Source: an uncultured Candidatus Saccharibacteria bacterium (GTDB taxonomy: Bacteria; Patescibacteriota; Minisyncoccia; Phycocordibacterales; UBA918). From it: a DNA stretch of 64,000 bases. The stretch is from the NCBI GenBank assembly GCA_964643955.1, contig CAZXUO010000005.1, positions 95-64,094 on the forward strand. The letters run 5' to 3'. The position numbers and the translations under genes are program-made. This document shows positions 8,488-18,389 of the stretch, one piece after another. Under the pieces are notes generated by a model. It worked only from the letters and a program-made list of their open reading frames with translations. It made no database searches and had not been told where the DNA came from. Numbering within the stretch: the first letter of the stretch is position 1; each line of letters begins with the position of its first letter.

Positions 8488-11094
8488 ATGAAAAAGATTT
8501 TTGTCGCAGTCGCCGTGTTCACTATTTCAGTAAGCATGTACGTGCCGACTGTAGTTGCATACGACCTGGGCGATTTTTTCTTTACAATCAGGGAAGAGAT
8601 TGAGCTGCCATGCGGTGGGGAGCAGTATGAAAATGGAATTTGTTCTGACGCAGATGATACCTACTATGATTCCGAGACTGAAACAGAAGTTCCTTGTACT
8701 GAAGATGATTACGACAACGGGAATTGTTCGCGCGCGGACACGCATTATTTTGATGTAAGGACGGTAGCTTCTATTTCTCACGGGGACGTTACATATATTC
8801 CGTTCGGTAGAGTATTCAGTATGTTTTTTGTCGACTCTAATACAGACGATCCTCCAGTATATGGAGAACTGTACTATCTTCCTGACGGACAAGGAGGTAC
8901 GCGCGAGTTTATAGATACCGCCGTCGGGTATGGCGAACTTTCTTTTGAGCATGAGGGAGTTTATGAGATTGATGTGTACGAATCAATTATCGAGGCAAGC
9001 TATGTTCCGACGTGGAAGGATGCTTTGGTGCAGTTTATTTTGCCGCGCGCTTACGCTGCTCATCGAGAACCAATTTTTTTCGGCACGATGCGCTTTGAAA
9101 TACGCGATATCGAAAATATGCCAGAAGGCAATCCGAGCGTGCTCTTTTTGCCGGGCACACAGGCAAGTCGCCTCTATGATGGCGATGATGGAAATCGTCT
9201 CTGGGAGCCAAGCGGAAATACTGATGTAGGAAAGCTCGCGCTCGATGCATCTGGAAACAGTATTGAAAATGTGCAGACGAAAGATGTGATTGATGAAATT
9301 GATGTTATCCCACTTCTTCAGTCAAATATCTATAAAGGTTTCATGTCGTATCTCGATGATCTCGTTGATGCGGACGTGATTGAGGATTGGGAGCCGTACG
9401 CGTATGACTGGCGTAGGAGTGTGTTTGATGTCGTCGAGAATGGAAGTACGTACTACGACGGCACAAGTGAAGGTGAACAGAAATATCTCGTTGATCTTGT
9501 CGAAGAGCTTGCGGCGCAATCTCAAAATGGAAAAGTTGCCATCATAGGTCACTCAAATGGTGGCTTGCTTGCAAAAACGCTCATGATGAAGCTCGAGGAA
9601 GAAGGGAAGGATGATCTGATCGATTCGGTTGTCTTTGTGGCGACGCCACATCTCGGTACACCCAAGGCGATCGCGACGGTGTTGCATGGACACGATCAAG
9701 AAAAAGTCGGTGGTCTGCTCGTTGATGACGAAGTTGCGCGCGAGGTAATCAAAAACATGCCTGGTGCATACGCACTCCTGCCTTCAGAAAAATATATGGA
9801 GGTTGCGACTGGCCCGCTCGTTACCTTCAGAGATTCGAGCGTCACCCAGTCACTCATTAATTTTTACGGAACAACAGTGAGTGGCATTGCTGAATTTGTT
9901 GACTTTATGAATGGCGCAGAAGGCCGTACTGCTTCAGGTATGCCTATCAACGAGCCAAGTGTTGCAAATACATCGCTGTTACTTGATGCGCTTGAAGACC
10001 ATACACAGAAGCTCGATACATGGACTGCGCCCGAACATGTACAGGTGTATGAAATAGTCGGCACCGGACTTGCTACTATAAAGTCTCTTGAGTATCGAGA
10101 AATGACCGAGCGGGTCTGTGAGTACAGTGGGAATGTCTCTAATCCATTGAGTTGTACCAATCAGCAGATACTAAAGCCGTATGCGCTGCAAACTTTGTAC
10201 GGGGACGAGACTGTCATGAGTGTGTCTGCAGAGGGGTATTCAGAGGATAAAGAAAAATTCTATCTTAACTTACAGCAATTTGATTTTTCCAACACAACTG
10301 CTGTTGAATTAGGTCATTCAAATATTACTGAGATTGATTCAGTACACGAACTCATTGGAAGAATTTTAGAAGATGGTCCAGCAGAAGATATCGACTTTAT
10401 CTCAAACGATCCTCCTCAGTTTGATGATAATTATCGTGTAATCTCTGTCCACTCTCCAGTAAAAATAGAAGTCACAGACACAGATGGGAATGTGACCGGT
10501 GTTGATTCAAATAATGCTCCGAAGGAAGAAATTCCAGGCAGCAGCTACTTTGAAATCGGTGGTAGCAAGTATGTGGTGGTGCCAGCAGATATTGACTACG
10601 ATGTTGTTTTGAAAGGTGAGGGGAATGGAGGATATACACTCATCATCGACGCTCTAGAAAATGGTGACGAGCAAGAAAATCTCCATACAGCAGAAAATAT
10701 GCTGGTGAGCACTACGACTATCGCAACCTTCAGTAAAGAGGGTGAAAGTTTTAGTTCGATCATCGTTGACGAAAATGGTGACGGAGAGCCCGATGCGGAA
10801 TTTACCGTTGATGGTGAGGAAATCGTTGCTGCGGAGCCGACACCACAAGAGCTCCTTCAGGAATATCGAGATGCGGTCGATGGTATGAATGTCTCCGCTA
10901 CCATCAAGCGAAATTTTAAGGCGTCGGCATCTTTGGCAGAAGATCTGATAAATAGGAATAGAATATATCTTGCAAAACTTACCATTGAAGCGATGAAAGG
11001 GGCGATAAAACTTCGAGAGAATCTTCGACAGATATCTAAAGTAGATGCAAAGATACTGTTAGATATTCTTGTGCGAGTTGAACAGAGTCTGTAA
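8488..11094 (+). CDS. Secreted alpha/beta-hydrolase, lipase/esterase-like (PGAP1/LCAT-like nucleophile elbow), large multidomain protein (868 aa)
   Basis: Carries a Sec signal peptide (MKKIFVAVAVFTISVSMYVPTVVAYD), the motif LFLPGTQASRLY and a GHSNGG nucleophile elbow. The roughly 450-aa C-terminal region is uncharacterised. Confidence 0.6.
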   Translation: MKKIFVAVAVFTISVSMYVPTVVAYDLGDFFFTIREEIELPCGGEQYENGICSDADDTYYDSETETEVPCTEDDYDNGNCSRADTHYFDVRTVASISHGDVTYIPFGRVFSMFFVDSNTDDPPVYGELYYLPDGQGGTREFIDTAVGYGELSFEHEGVYEIDVYESIIEASYVPTWKDALVQFILPRAYAAHREPIFFGTMRFEIRDIENMPEGNPSVLFLPGTQASRLYDGDDGNRLWEPSGNTDVGKLALDASGNSIENVQTKDVIDEIDVIPLLQSNIYKGFMSYLDDLVDADVIEDWEPYAYDWRRSVFDVVENGSTYYDGTSEGEQKYLVDLVEELAAQSQNGKVAIIGHSNGGLLAKTLMMKLEEEGKDDLIDSVVFVATPHLGTPKAIATVLHGHDQEKVGGLLVDDEVAREVIKNMPGAYALLPSEKYMEVATGPLVTFRDSSVTQSLINFYGTTVSGIAEFVDFMNGAEGRTASGMPINEPSVANTSLLLDALEDHTQKLDTWTAPEHVQVYEIVGTGLATIKSLEYREMTERVCEYSGNVSNPLSCTNQQILKPYALQTLYGDETVMSVSAEGYSEDKEKFYLNLQQFDFSNTTAVELGHSNITEIDSVHELIGRILEDGPAEDIDFISNDPPQFDDNYRVISVHSPVKIEVTDTDGNVTGVDSNNAPKEEIPGSSYFEIGGSKYVVVPADIDYDVVLKGEGNGGYTLIIDALENGDEQENLHTAENMLVSTTTIATFSKEGESFSSIIVDENGDGEPDAEFTVDGEEIVAAEPTPQELLQEYRDAVDGMNVSATIKRNFKASASLAEDLINRNRIYLAKLTIEAMKGAIKLRENLRQISKVDAKILLDILVRVEQSL

Positions 11095-11127
11095 AAGTTT
11101 TTTGGATTATAAGTTAGAATAAATTGT

Positions 11128-11529
11128 ATGAGTTTATCTGAAAAGAGGTTGAACTTGTCACTATTATTTTTTTCAGTTGCTGTAGCTTGTGCAACTTACA
11201 TCTTCATAAAGTTTTTCTGTGTGGATGTATGCACATTTGAGGGAAAGAGAGGCTTTGTTGATCCGATCTGGAGTGGAAGCCTCGGCATTTCATCTGTCCT
11301 CCTTTTTTTAGCCCTTTTTCCATCTAGAGTTTTTTATCTCTGGTTGAAATACATTGCATCGTGGTTTATTCCAGTCACTATTCTCGTAATTGCGAATATC
11401 TCAGTCTACAGCTCAGGTATTTTGTCAGTAGGTAGGGGTGAAGCAGCCTTCCAGCTTATGGCTCTACTCGGAGTGATAACCGTAATTTTTGCAATTGGAT
11501 ATACAGTCATCACGCGATTGAGAAAATAA
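11128..11529 (+). CDS. Hypothetical polytopic membrane protein (133 aa)
   Basis: Four predicted TM helices. The region is AT-rich. Confidence 0.5.
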   Translation: MSLSEKRLNLSLLFFSVAVACATYIFIKFFCVDVCTFEGKRGFVDPIWSGSLGISSVLLFLALFPSRVFYLWLKYIASWFIPVTILVIANISVYSSGILSVGRGEAAFQLMALLGVITVIFAIGYTVITRLRK

Positions 11530-11544
11530 ACGAATGTACTGGAT

Positions 11545-11766
11545 ATGAAAAAAGAAGAAAAGAAATGGGCGGTTGGGATGTTGTTTATAGGTCTTATGTT
11601 TGGAGTGATGGGGAGTTTGGCAGCAAATGTTTTAGAACGTCACCTTATTTCTAAAATCGGTGAAGATTATTACGGAATCGCCGTTGGTGTTTGCTTCATT
11701 GTGCTCATCATCTATTTCGATAGAAAATTCACGAAGCTCGTTGGACATAATGAAAAAGATAAATAG
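11545..11766 (+). CDS. Hypothetical small membrane protein (73 aa, 2 TM)
   Basis: Two hydrophobic helices. The gene is tightly packed against its neighbours. Confidence 0.45.
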   Translation: MKKEEKKWAVGMLFIGLMFGVMGSLAANVLERHLISKIGEDYYGIAVGVCFIVLIIYFDRKFTKLVGHNEKDK

Positions 11767-11768
11767 GA

Positions 11769-12077
11769 ATGCAAAATACTAATCTTGGACTGATTGAGAT
11801 TGATCCGCAGTATGTGGGCGAGTGGAAGGAGTGGGGCGCGAAGCTCATGGGTGAATTGCGTAGGGAAGCAATCGAGACTTTGAGGGAAGAAGGGCTTACG
11901 CATGAGCACATGTTTCTTATTGAGCTCGATGGAAAGACGTACCTCGGATTTTTTACCGAAGGGGAAGGAAGGCCGGCAAATCTTGAGAAAGAGATAAATC
12001 AAAAGCATCGAGCGCTTTTAGATAAAAGTAGGATTAGGAAAATTTCTGGAGAGCGGATTTATTCGTTGGGTGTTTAA
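11769..12077 (+). CDS. Hypothetical protein (102 aa)
   Basis: The ORF starts 3 nt after the previous stop. A hairpin (gcccgcgcggagcgcgggc) follows it. Confidence 0.45.
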   Translation: MQNTNLGLIEIDPQYVGEWKEWGAKLMGELRREAIETLREEGLTHEHMFLIELDGKTYLGFFTEGEGRPANLEKEINQKHRALLDKSRIRKISGERIYSLGV

Positions 12078-12136
12078 AAAGGGAAGCCCGCGCGGAGCGC
12101 GGGCGAGTGGTGATGGTGTCTGTGCGACTTCTCGTC

Positions 12137-12481
12137 TTATGTGACGATGAAGCCGAGGTCGGAATAGGCGACCCCTGCGGGCGCTCGTTGTTCTGTGCGA
12201 GGGAGGCCGGTGGCTCCGTACGCAACGAGGTGAACGGTCCCGACCATTCCTCCGATGTTTGCCATTGCCGATTGGACACGTGCGTGTGCCGCCGCATCTC
12301 CGATCATGAGCACTTGCGCTCGGCCGCCGCTGTAGTGCCAGTCGACGTGCACGTGGGTGCACTGACGGATTTTGAGAATCCACGCATTGGTGGTTCGCGA
12401 ATTGCCGTCGACGATGATTGCGACCGGTACGCCGATCCTGAGGATTTCGCTGTCGCACGGTGGTGGCACGTATTTTTCCAT
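12137..12481 (-). CDS. Hypothetical protein (about 114 aa)
   Basis: A minus-strand ORF with a plausible ATG (MEKYVPPP...). No recognisable domain. Confidence 0.4.
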   Translation of the reverse strand: MEKYVPPPCDSEILRIGVPVAIIVDGNSRTTNAWILKIRQCTHVHVDWHYSGGRAQVLMIGDAAAHARVQSAMANIGGMVGTVHLVAYGATGLPRTEQRAPAGVAYSDLGFIVT

Positions 12482-12630
12482 GACAGACCTTTCCAAGATG
12501 AACGATGCTAGTGAGGACAATACTCAATCTTTTTGAGGTGTGCAATGGTGTGAGCTGAGATGATGATTGACAGGATTACTAGATGGCGTAGGCTGCACGG
12601 GTGTTTTGTGTTCTTTGATGGGGGATTGCA

Positions 12631-12981
12631 ATGGTTGGTCTCGTAAAAGAAAGCATCGAGGGAACATGGTGGGTCCATATCCATCGGACTCTTCGAGGTC
12701 GGAAGGTCGCGAAGAAAGTGAGTGACACCGATGTCGCATCGCTCGCGATAGGTCTCATTAAAGAGATGGGTAATTCCCGCACTTCGTTTCGTGTCTGTGA
12801 GGTGGGTGAATGGATTATCCTTGAGGTGCGGTATCAGTTTGCGCATACCTCAAAGGGTGAGTATACCTTCCCGGGAACGCTGAGGAACGATTTCATGCAT
12901 GCGTTGAGGAATCGTTACGGCGCTGCACTGGTGCACGAGATTGGTGCATCGACCAAGTCGTGGGCTGGTACGTGGCCTTGA
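12631..12981 (+). CDS. Hypothetical protein (116 aa)
   Basis: An ORF followed by the strong terminator at 12993-13030. Confidence 0.45.
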   Translation: MVGLVKESIEGTWWVHIHRTLRGRKVAKKVSDTDVASLAIGLIKEMGNSRTSFRVCEVGEWIILEVRYQFAHTSKGEYTFPGTLRNDFMHALRNRYGAALVHEIGASTKSWAGTWP

Positions 12982-12992
12982 GAAGGGAAGAC

Positions 12993-13030
12993 CCGACGGC
13001 GCGCATGCGCGCCGTCGGGGATTTTTATTT
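12993..13030 (+). terminator. Intrinsic terminator
   Basis: The hairpin gacggcgcgc-at-gcgcgccgtc is followed by ggggattttta. Confidence 0.75.
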
Positions 13031-13068
13031 AGAATAGTCCTACATACGTCATTTGGTATACTCTGTCG

Positions 13069-13986
13069 ATGACAAAAATACTTGTAATCGCAGCAGCAGC
13101 GCTCGCCATCATCGGCGGCCTTTATTTCTTTAATCCGTTTGCGGCGATGCAAGCAAAAGAAGACGAGGCGGCGGTCCGCGCGCTTGTGGAGGAATTTGGT
13201 ACGAAGCTCAAAAATGTTTCGCTCCTCAATGAAGGTGGGGTGTGGTCGCAGATACAAAATGTGTACGGGCCGTACCTCACGCGTGAGCTTCTTGATGAAT
13301 GGGCAACCAATCCGTCACGTGCGCTCGGTCGACAGACATCGAGTCCGTGGCCAGAGCGCATTGAGGTCGGTTCGCTCGAACGCCGAAGCGACACCGAGTA
13401 TCTCGTGCAGAGCTATCTCATAGAAGTGACGAACGAAGGTGGTGGCATCGGCGAGGCACCGACTGAGACTTCGCGCCGCGCCGTTGTCTTTACCGTTCGT
13501 CTCGAGAATGATGTGTGGCGCATCGCGGGAGTTGCGCTCGGTGAGCGACCGGGAGAAGGTGAGTGGACGTACAGTGAGCCCGATGCGCGCGGCCTCAAAT
13601 TCCAGTACCCTGATCCGCTTCCGACGAAGTTCATTAGTGCGCAGGAATGGCCACCTAAAGTTTCATTTGTCGCAGAGGATTTTGTTTGTGAGACCGGAGA
13701 ACATGCGGACGCATCGGGTGCGCTCGTAAATACTGAAGAGCGCACGGTCGATGATCGTGTGTATTGTGTTGATATCTCTTCAGAGGGTGCTGCAGGAAGT
13801 ACGTACACCACATACGCGTATCGGACGGAGCAAGGAGATTTTATTGCGCATATTGAATTTACGCTTCGATACGTGCAGTGCATGAACTATGACGAAGCAA
13901 ATCAGGGTATGTGTACACTCGAACAAGAGACGTTTGATGTTGATGGACTCGTCGATCGAATTGCGTCGAGTATCAGGATGCCGTAG
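13069..13986 (+). CDS. Hypothetical secreted / membrane-anchored protein (305 aa)
   Basis: The N-terminal hydrophobic segment MTKILVIAAAALAIIGGLYFF predicts secretion or anchoring. No known domain. Confidence 0.5.
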   Translation: MTKILVIAAAALAIIGGLYFFNPFAAMQAKEDEAAVRALVEEFGTKLKNVSLLNEGGVWSQIQNVYGPYLTRELLDEWATNPSRALGRQTSSPWPERIEVGSLERRSDTEYLVQSYLIEVTNEGGGIGEAPTETSRRAVVFTVRLENDVWRIAGVALGERPGEGEWTYSEPDARGLKFQYPDPLPTKFISAQEWPPKVSFVAEDFVCETGEHADASGALVNTEERTVDDRVYCVDISSEGAAGSTYTTYAYRTEQGDFIAHIEFTLRYVQCMNYDEANQGMCTLEQETFDVDGLVDRIASSIRMP

Positions 13987-14006
13987 CGGAAATATATAAA
14001 TGGAAA

Positions 14007-14036
14007 GCCGCCGGCGCTCGAGTGAGCGGCGGCGGC
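14007..14036. terminator. Bidirectional hairpin between convergent genes
   Basis: The hairpin reads gccgccggcgctc-gagt-gagcggcggcggc. Confidence 0.6.
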
Positions 14037-14088
14037 TAAGTCGACTCCGGTGGAGTCATCGAGTACTCCTTGGAGTCAGAAGAACGTG

Positions 14089-14367
14089 CTAGTTGGCATT
14101 GGCGGCTGCGGTCCGATCGGCGAGGGCCTTCAGTCCCGCGGCGAAGATGAGCATGGCAGCGCCCTGCTTGTCGTGCGCCCCGAGTACGATATCCGTGCCG
14201 ACGGTCATGTGCGGCGCGAAGGAAACCTTCGGCACGTCGGCGACGGTCACCTGCTCCTCGGAGAGAAGGTGGTGTGCGAGTCCTCCTAAGACAAGCAGTG
14301 TTGCCGCGACGAGCGAGGGGAGTGCGTAGCGGTTGCCTCCCCACGGCGTGCGTTGATGAGATATCAT
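14089..14367 (-). CDS. Small secreted / membrane protein (92 aa)
   Basis: An N-terminal hydrophobic segment with AGAGGGGG upstream of the ATG. The region is GC-rich. Confidence 0.45.
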   Translation of the reverse strand: MISHQRTPWGGNRYALPSLVAATLLVLGGLAHHLLSEEQVTVADVPKVSFAPHMTVGTDIVLGAHDKQGAAMLIFAAGLKALADRTAAANAN

Positions 14368-14499
14368 CTTCTACCCCCTCTGTTGGTGTGCGTCTAGTGC
14401 GGAATGGTACCGGAGTTTTTCTGATATGCCAACTTTTCTACATGGAAAAGTAGAAAGGCCACTCGGGTGAGGAGTGGCCTTGGTGCTCTCGCTTGAGTG

Positions 14500-14676
14500 C
14501 TAGCACTTCGACGAGAGCAGGATGAGCTGGAGCTCTTCGGGGGGCTTCAGTGCGGGGACCTCGTGCGAGGTCCCCTGGATCTCGCGCCCGAAGACGACCT
14601 TCGGGTTCGAGATGATGGCGAGGATCACGACGACCACGATGGCCGCCACGACCGCTGCCCATGCGAAGAAGTTCAT
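14500..14676 (-). CDS. Small single-pass membrane protein (58 aa)
   Basis: The start reads GGAGGTGGAAATG, the N-terminal TM segment is MNFFAWAAVVAAIVVVVILAII, and a downstream hairpin plus U tract terminates it. Third gene of a three-gene run. Confidence 0.5.
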   Translation of the reverse strand: MNFFAWAAVVAAIVVVVILAIISNPKVVFGREIQGTSHEVPALKPPEELQLILLSSKC

Positions 14677-14687
14677 TTCCACCTCCT

Positions 14688-14945
14688 TCACTTCGAGACG
14701 GCGGGTGCCGTCTCGGTGCCGAGCATGATGCCGTCGAGGTACCGGCGGGTGTGGGCCACCTCTACGGCCTTCTTGAGCTCCTTGTTCTCCGACTGGACCC
14801 CCGTGCAGCGCGCCTCCATCACCTCCTTGGTGATGCCGGCGGCGGCGTAGCTGAAGAAGACCGCCGTCACCACCAGTGTGAGCAGGCGCTTGTCGTTCTC
14901 CTTGCGGCGCAGGTAACGCTCGAAGGACTGCTTTTCGGAAAGCAT
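14688..14945 (-). CDS. Small single-pass membrane protein with coiled-coil tail (85 aa)
   Basis: AAGAGGGG sits upstream of the ATG. It has one TM segment (LLTLVVTAVFFSYAAAGI) and is the second gene of the run. Confidence 0.5.
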   Translation of the reverse strand: MLSEKQSFERYLRRKENDKRLLTLVVTAVFFSYAAAGITKEVMEARCTGVQSENKELKKAVEVAHTRRYLDGIMLGTETAPAVSK

Positions 14946-14956
14946 GTGCCCCTCTT

Positions 14957-15121
14957 TCACTTGGATTCTCCGCTGAGCACTTCGACCCAGCGGGCCCACT
15001 GGCCTGCCGACGAAAGTTCCCAGAGGTTGGCTTCGAGATAGCGGTCGGCAAAGACCGCGACTGCGACAAGCACCATTGCCACGAGGGTGCCGATTGCTTC
15101 CACTTTACCTATCCTTAACAT
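14957..15121 (-). CDS. Small single-pass membrane protein (54 aa)
   Basis: The start reads GGGAGGTCACGATG with one TM segment (IGTLVAMVLVAVAVF). It is absent from the ORF track because it is shorter than 60 aa. Confidence 0.45.
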   Translation of the reverse strand: MLRIGKVEAIGTLVAMVLVAVAVFADRYLEANLWELSSAGQWARWVEVLSGESK

Positions 15122-15358
15122 CGTGACCTCCCGTCTAACCTACCTACTATTATAGCATATTAGCCATATATTGTCAATATATGGCTAAGAATGGTGCAAG
15201 GAAGCCATAGGGAGCGGGGGACGGGGCGCATTGCTCATTTTGCCTTGGTATCGTATAGTATCGGCACTAAAAGCCGGTGGTTTCCTTTGGCTTTTTCTTT
15301 TTGGGCGAGATTTCTCCTCAAGAACGGCAATTATTATTATTTTAGAGGTTTTATTTAT

Positions 15359-17512
15359 ATGGCACGACAGTATCCACTCGAGAAAGTACGCAATTTCGGT
15401 ATTATTGCGCACATTGACGCGGGTAAGACGACGACGTCTGAACGCGTACTCTTCTATACCGGCATGAGCCACAAGATCGGCGAAGTGCACGACGGTGAGA
15501 CGGTGACGGACTGGATGGAGCAGGAGCGTGAGCGCGGTATCACCATTACGGCTGCCGCTATCAACTGCGCATGGACCAAGTCCGAAGAGCCTGATCGTAA
15601 TGATCCGGTCAAGAAGTTTCACTTTAACGTGATCGACACGCCGGGACACATCGACTTCACTGCTGAGGTGAAGCGTTCGATGCGCGTACTCGACGGCGCG
15701 GTGGTGGTATTTGACGGCGTTGCGGGCGTAGAGCCGCAGTCGGAGACCAACTGGCGCTATGCCGACGAAGCCAAGGTGCCGCGTATTTGTTTCATCAACA
15801 AGATGGACCGCACCGGTGCCTCATTTGAGCGCTCATACGAAAGTATTTTGAAGCGCCTCTCAAAGAATGCCGTTCGTATTCAGCTTCCTATCGGTGCTGA
15901 AGATCGCTTTGAGGGAATGATCGACCTCGTGAAGATGAAAGCATTCCGCTTTGAAGGAGAAATGGGAATGAATGTGGTTGCCTATGACATCCCTGCAGAA
16001 CTCCAAGCAGAAGCAGATGCTGCGCGCGCGGAGCTCGTGGAGAAAGTTGTAGAGCACGATGATGCGCTCATGAATGCGTATCTCGAAGGCAATCAGCCAT
16101 CGCACGATGATCTCGTCGCAACACTCCGTAAGGCAGTGATCGCCAACAAGATTTTCCCCGTGATGACGGGATCTGCACTCAAGAACAAGGGTGTGCAGCT
16201 CGTGCTCGACGCCGTGGTGGACTACCTCCCATCACCAATCGATCTTCCTCCAGTGAAGGGTACCAATCCAAAGACTGATGAGATCATTGAGCGCAAGCCA
16301 TCTGATGATGAGCCGTTCTGTGGACTCGCATTCAAGCTCCAGACTGATCCATTTGTCGGACAGTTGACCTTCTTCCGCGTCTACTCAGGCGTCGTGAAGT
16401 CAGGTACGTATATCTACAATGCAACGACCGGAGACAAAGAGCGTCTCGGACGTATCGTGCGTCTTCAGGCCGACAAGCGTGAGGAAGTAGAGGAGGTGCT
16501 CGCAGGAGAAATTGCTGCTGCGGTGGGTCTCAAGGACACCAAGACGTCGCACACACTTTGTGACGAGGCAAATCCGATCATTCTCGAACAAATCGTCTTC
16601 CCAGAACCGGTGGTGGCGATGCGCATCGAACCAAAGACGAAGCAAGATCAGGAGCGCATGGGTATGGCCCTCAAGAAGCTCTCAGACGAAGACCCAACAT
16701 TCCGTGTGTCTGCTGACGCAGAGACGGGTGAGACGATCGTCGCAGGTATGGGTGAGCTTCACCTCGAGATTCTCGTTGATCGTATGAAGCGCGAGTTCAA
16801 CGTGGAGGCAAATACGGGCCGTCCACAGGTGGCATATCGTGAGACCATCCGCCGCGCTGCTGACGCTGAATACAAGTACATCAAGCAGTCGGGAGGTAAA
16901 GGTCAGTATGGTCACGTGAAGATTCGCGTGAAGCCGCTTGAACCGCTTGCAGAAGGAGAGGACTTGCCAAAGAACACGAAGCGTTCAGAAGGATTTGAAT
17001 TTGTGAACAACATCAAGGGAGGTGCTATTCCAAACGAATACATTCCTGCGGTGGAGAAGGGTGTGAAAGAAGCACTCGACCGCGGTACGGTTGCGGGTTA
17101 CCCAATGGTGAACGTATCGGTTGAGCTCTACGATGGTTCGTACCACGAAGTGGACTCTTCGGAAATCGCCTTCAAGCTCGCAGGTATTCAGGCATTGCAG
17201 GAAGCAGCTGAAAAAGCTGACTCAGTGCTCCTTGAGCCAATCATGAAGGTGGAGATCACGACGCCAGAACAGTTCATGGGAGACGTGACCGGCAACATCT
17301 CATCAAAGCGCGGACAGATTGAAAACATGGAAGACCGCGAAATGGTGAAGGTGGTGCACGCAATGGTTCCACTCTCGGAAATGTTTGGCTACACGACGAT
17401 CCTTCGTTCGATGACTGAGGGCCGCGCATCGATGACAATGGAATTCGATCACTACGATGTCGTACCACCAAACGTTGCGATGGACATCAAGGCTGCTCGC
17501 AACGCGAAGTAA
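15359..17512 (+). CDS. fusA: Elongation factor G
   Basis: Carries the GTPase motifs AHIDAGKTT and DTPGH with full-length EF-G similarity (about 717 aa). Confidence 0.95.
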   Translation: MARQYPLEKVRNFGIIAHIDAGKTTTSERVLFYTGMSHKIGEVHDGETVTDWMEQERERGITITAAAINCAWTKSEEPDRNDPVKKFHFNVIDTPGHIDFTAEVKRSMRVLDGAVVVFDGVAGVEPQSETNWRYADEAKVPRICFINKMDRTGASFERSYESILKRLSKNAVRIQLPIGAEDRFEGMIDLVKMKAFRFEGEMGMNVVAYDIPAELQAEADAARAELVEKVVEHDDALMNAYLEGNQPSHDDLVATLRKAVIANKIFPVMTGSALKNKGVQLVLDAVVDYLPSPIDLPPVKGTNPKTDEIIERKPSDDEPFCGLAFKLQTDPFVGQLTFFRVYSGVVKSGTYIYNATTGDKERLGRIVRLQADKREEVEEVLAGEIAAAVGLKDTKTSHTLCDEANPIILEQIVFPEPVVAMRIEPKTKQDQERMGMALKKLSDEDPTFRVSADAETGETIVAGMGELHLEILVDRMKREFNVEANTGRPQVAYRETIRRAADAEYKYIKQSGGKGQYGHVKIRVKPLEPLAEGEDLPKNTKRSEGFEFVNNIKGGAIPNEYIPAVEKGVKEALDRGTVAGYPMVNVSVELYDGSYHEVDSSEIAFKLAGIQALQEAAEKADSVLLEPIMKVEITTPEQFMGDVTGNISSKRGQIENMEDREMVKVVHAMVPLSEMFGYTTILRSMTEGRASMTMEFDHYDVVPPNVAMDIKAARNAK

Positions 17513-17533
17513 TTTATCTGAAAGTAGCAGATC

Positions 17534-17568
17534 AAAAGCCGCGCGCCCTTACGGGCGCGCGGCTTTTG
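17534..17568 (+). terminator. Intrinsic terminator after fusA
   Basis: The hairpin aaaagccgcgcgccc-tta-cgggcgcgcggc is followed by ttttg. Confidence 0.8.
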
Positions 17569-17663
17569 CATTCCTTGCTCCGCAAAACCATCCATGCTCT
17601 AATGCGCGGCAGTTCTTTTACGCCGCCCGAGCGTGTCGGGTGTTTCTAAGATGGAGTCATGTG

Positions 17664-18257
17664 ATGACGTATGATCTGGCCCGAGCCATCCTCGGTGACG
17701 ACTTCATCTCTCCCGAGGACATCATGAAGTCGCGGGAGGGTATCGTCTATAAGGACGAACTGCTTGCAAAGTTCTGCCGCAACGTGCCTTCGAAAGATGT
17801 GCTCGAGTGGTGCCGTGATAACAACTATATGTTGGTCGCCGGGCCCGATCGTCCCAGGTCACTTCTTGGAATCGGTGACCTCAATGGAGACTATGAATCC
17901 TATGGACGTAAGTGGGCGGCCGGAAACTGGGTCGACACCCACTGGATCACGCTCCGTAAGGAGCCGGTCCCACAGTCTCTCTCGAAGAGTTTCCGGGAGC
18001 AGCGGACCCTGCTGTCTTTTGGTGAGGTGGTCCCGGGCATTGCCCGTGTGGCATGGTGCGTGACGACCTACAAGGCCGTCCGCAACATCTATCTGTTACC
18101 GGATGTCTACGTTCGTACGGCAAGTGTCGTTTTTCACGACAAACACGATCGCGCCTGCGCAGGTTACTATGATGTCAGTAGTGGTCTGAACATCTATCGT
18201 TCTAGTGTGTGTGAATGTGACGAGCATATCGGTGTGGCTGCTACAAAGAGATACTAG
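17664..18257 (+). CDS. Hypothetical protein (about 198 aa)
   Basis: The ORF lies between fusA and tuf. The upstream portion of the listed ORF overlaps a terminator, so an internal ATG or GTG start was chosen. No known domain. Confidence 0.45.
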   Translation: MTYDLARAILGDDFISPEDIMKSREGIVYKDELLAKFCRNVPSKDVLEWCRDNNYMLVAGPDRPRSLLGIGDLNGDYESYGRKWAAGNWVDTHWITLRKEPVPQSLSKSFREQRTLLSFGEVVPGIARVAWCVTTYKAVRNIYLLPDVYVRTASVVFHDKHDRACAGYYDVSSGLNIYRSSVCECDEHIGVAATKRY

Positions 18258-18266
18258 AGGTCTCTA

Positions 18267-18362
18267 GGGCCGCCACACATGCGCGAATGCGCATGTGTGG
18301 CGGCCCGGGGGCTTTTTCTTTTTATATAACAAAACCCCCGCGGCGAAGCCGCGGGGGTTTTG
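18267..18362. terminator. Two consecutive strong hairpin terminators
   Basis: The first is gggccgccacacatgcgcgaatgcgcatgtgtggcggccc with a U tract. The second is aaaacccccgcggcgaagccgcgggggtttt. Confidence 0.75.
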
Positions 18363-18389
18363 TATTTTCTCTCGAGCGAGAGAAGGGGA

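Noticed and set aside
12018-12545. 175-aa Arg-rich minus ORF
   Set aside because: Arg/Pro-rich low-complexity translation overlapping a more plausible 114-aa gene, with no start signal.
14500-15069. 189-aa minus-strand ORF from the ORF track
   Set aside because: The region is better explained by three short genes in the same frame or neighbouring frames. Each has its own GGAGG site and a single TM helix, and the long frame has no start signal.
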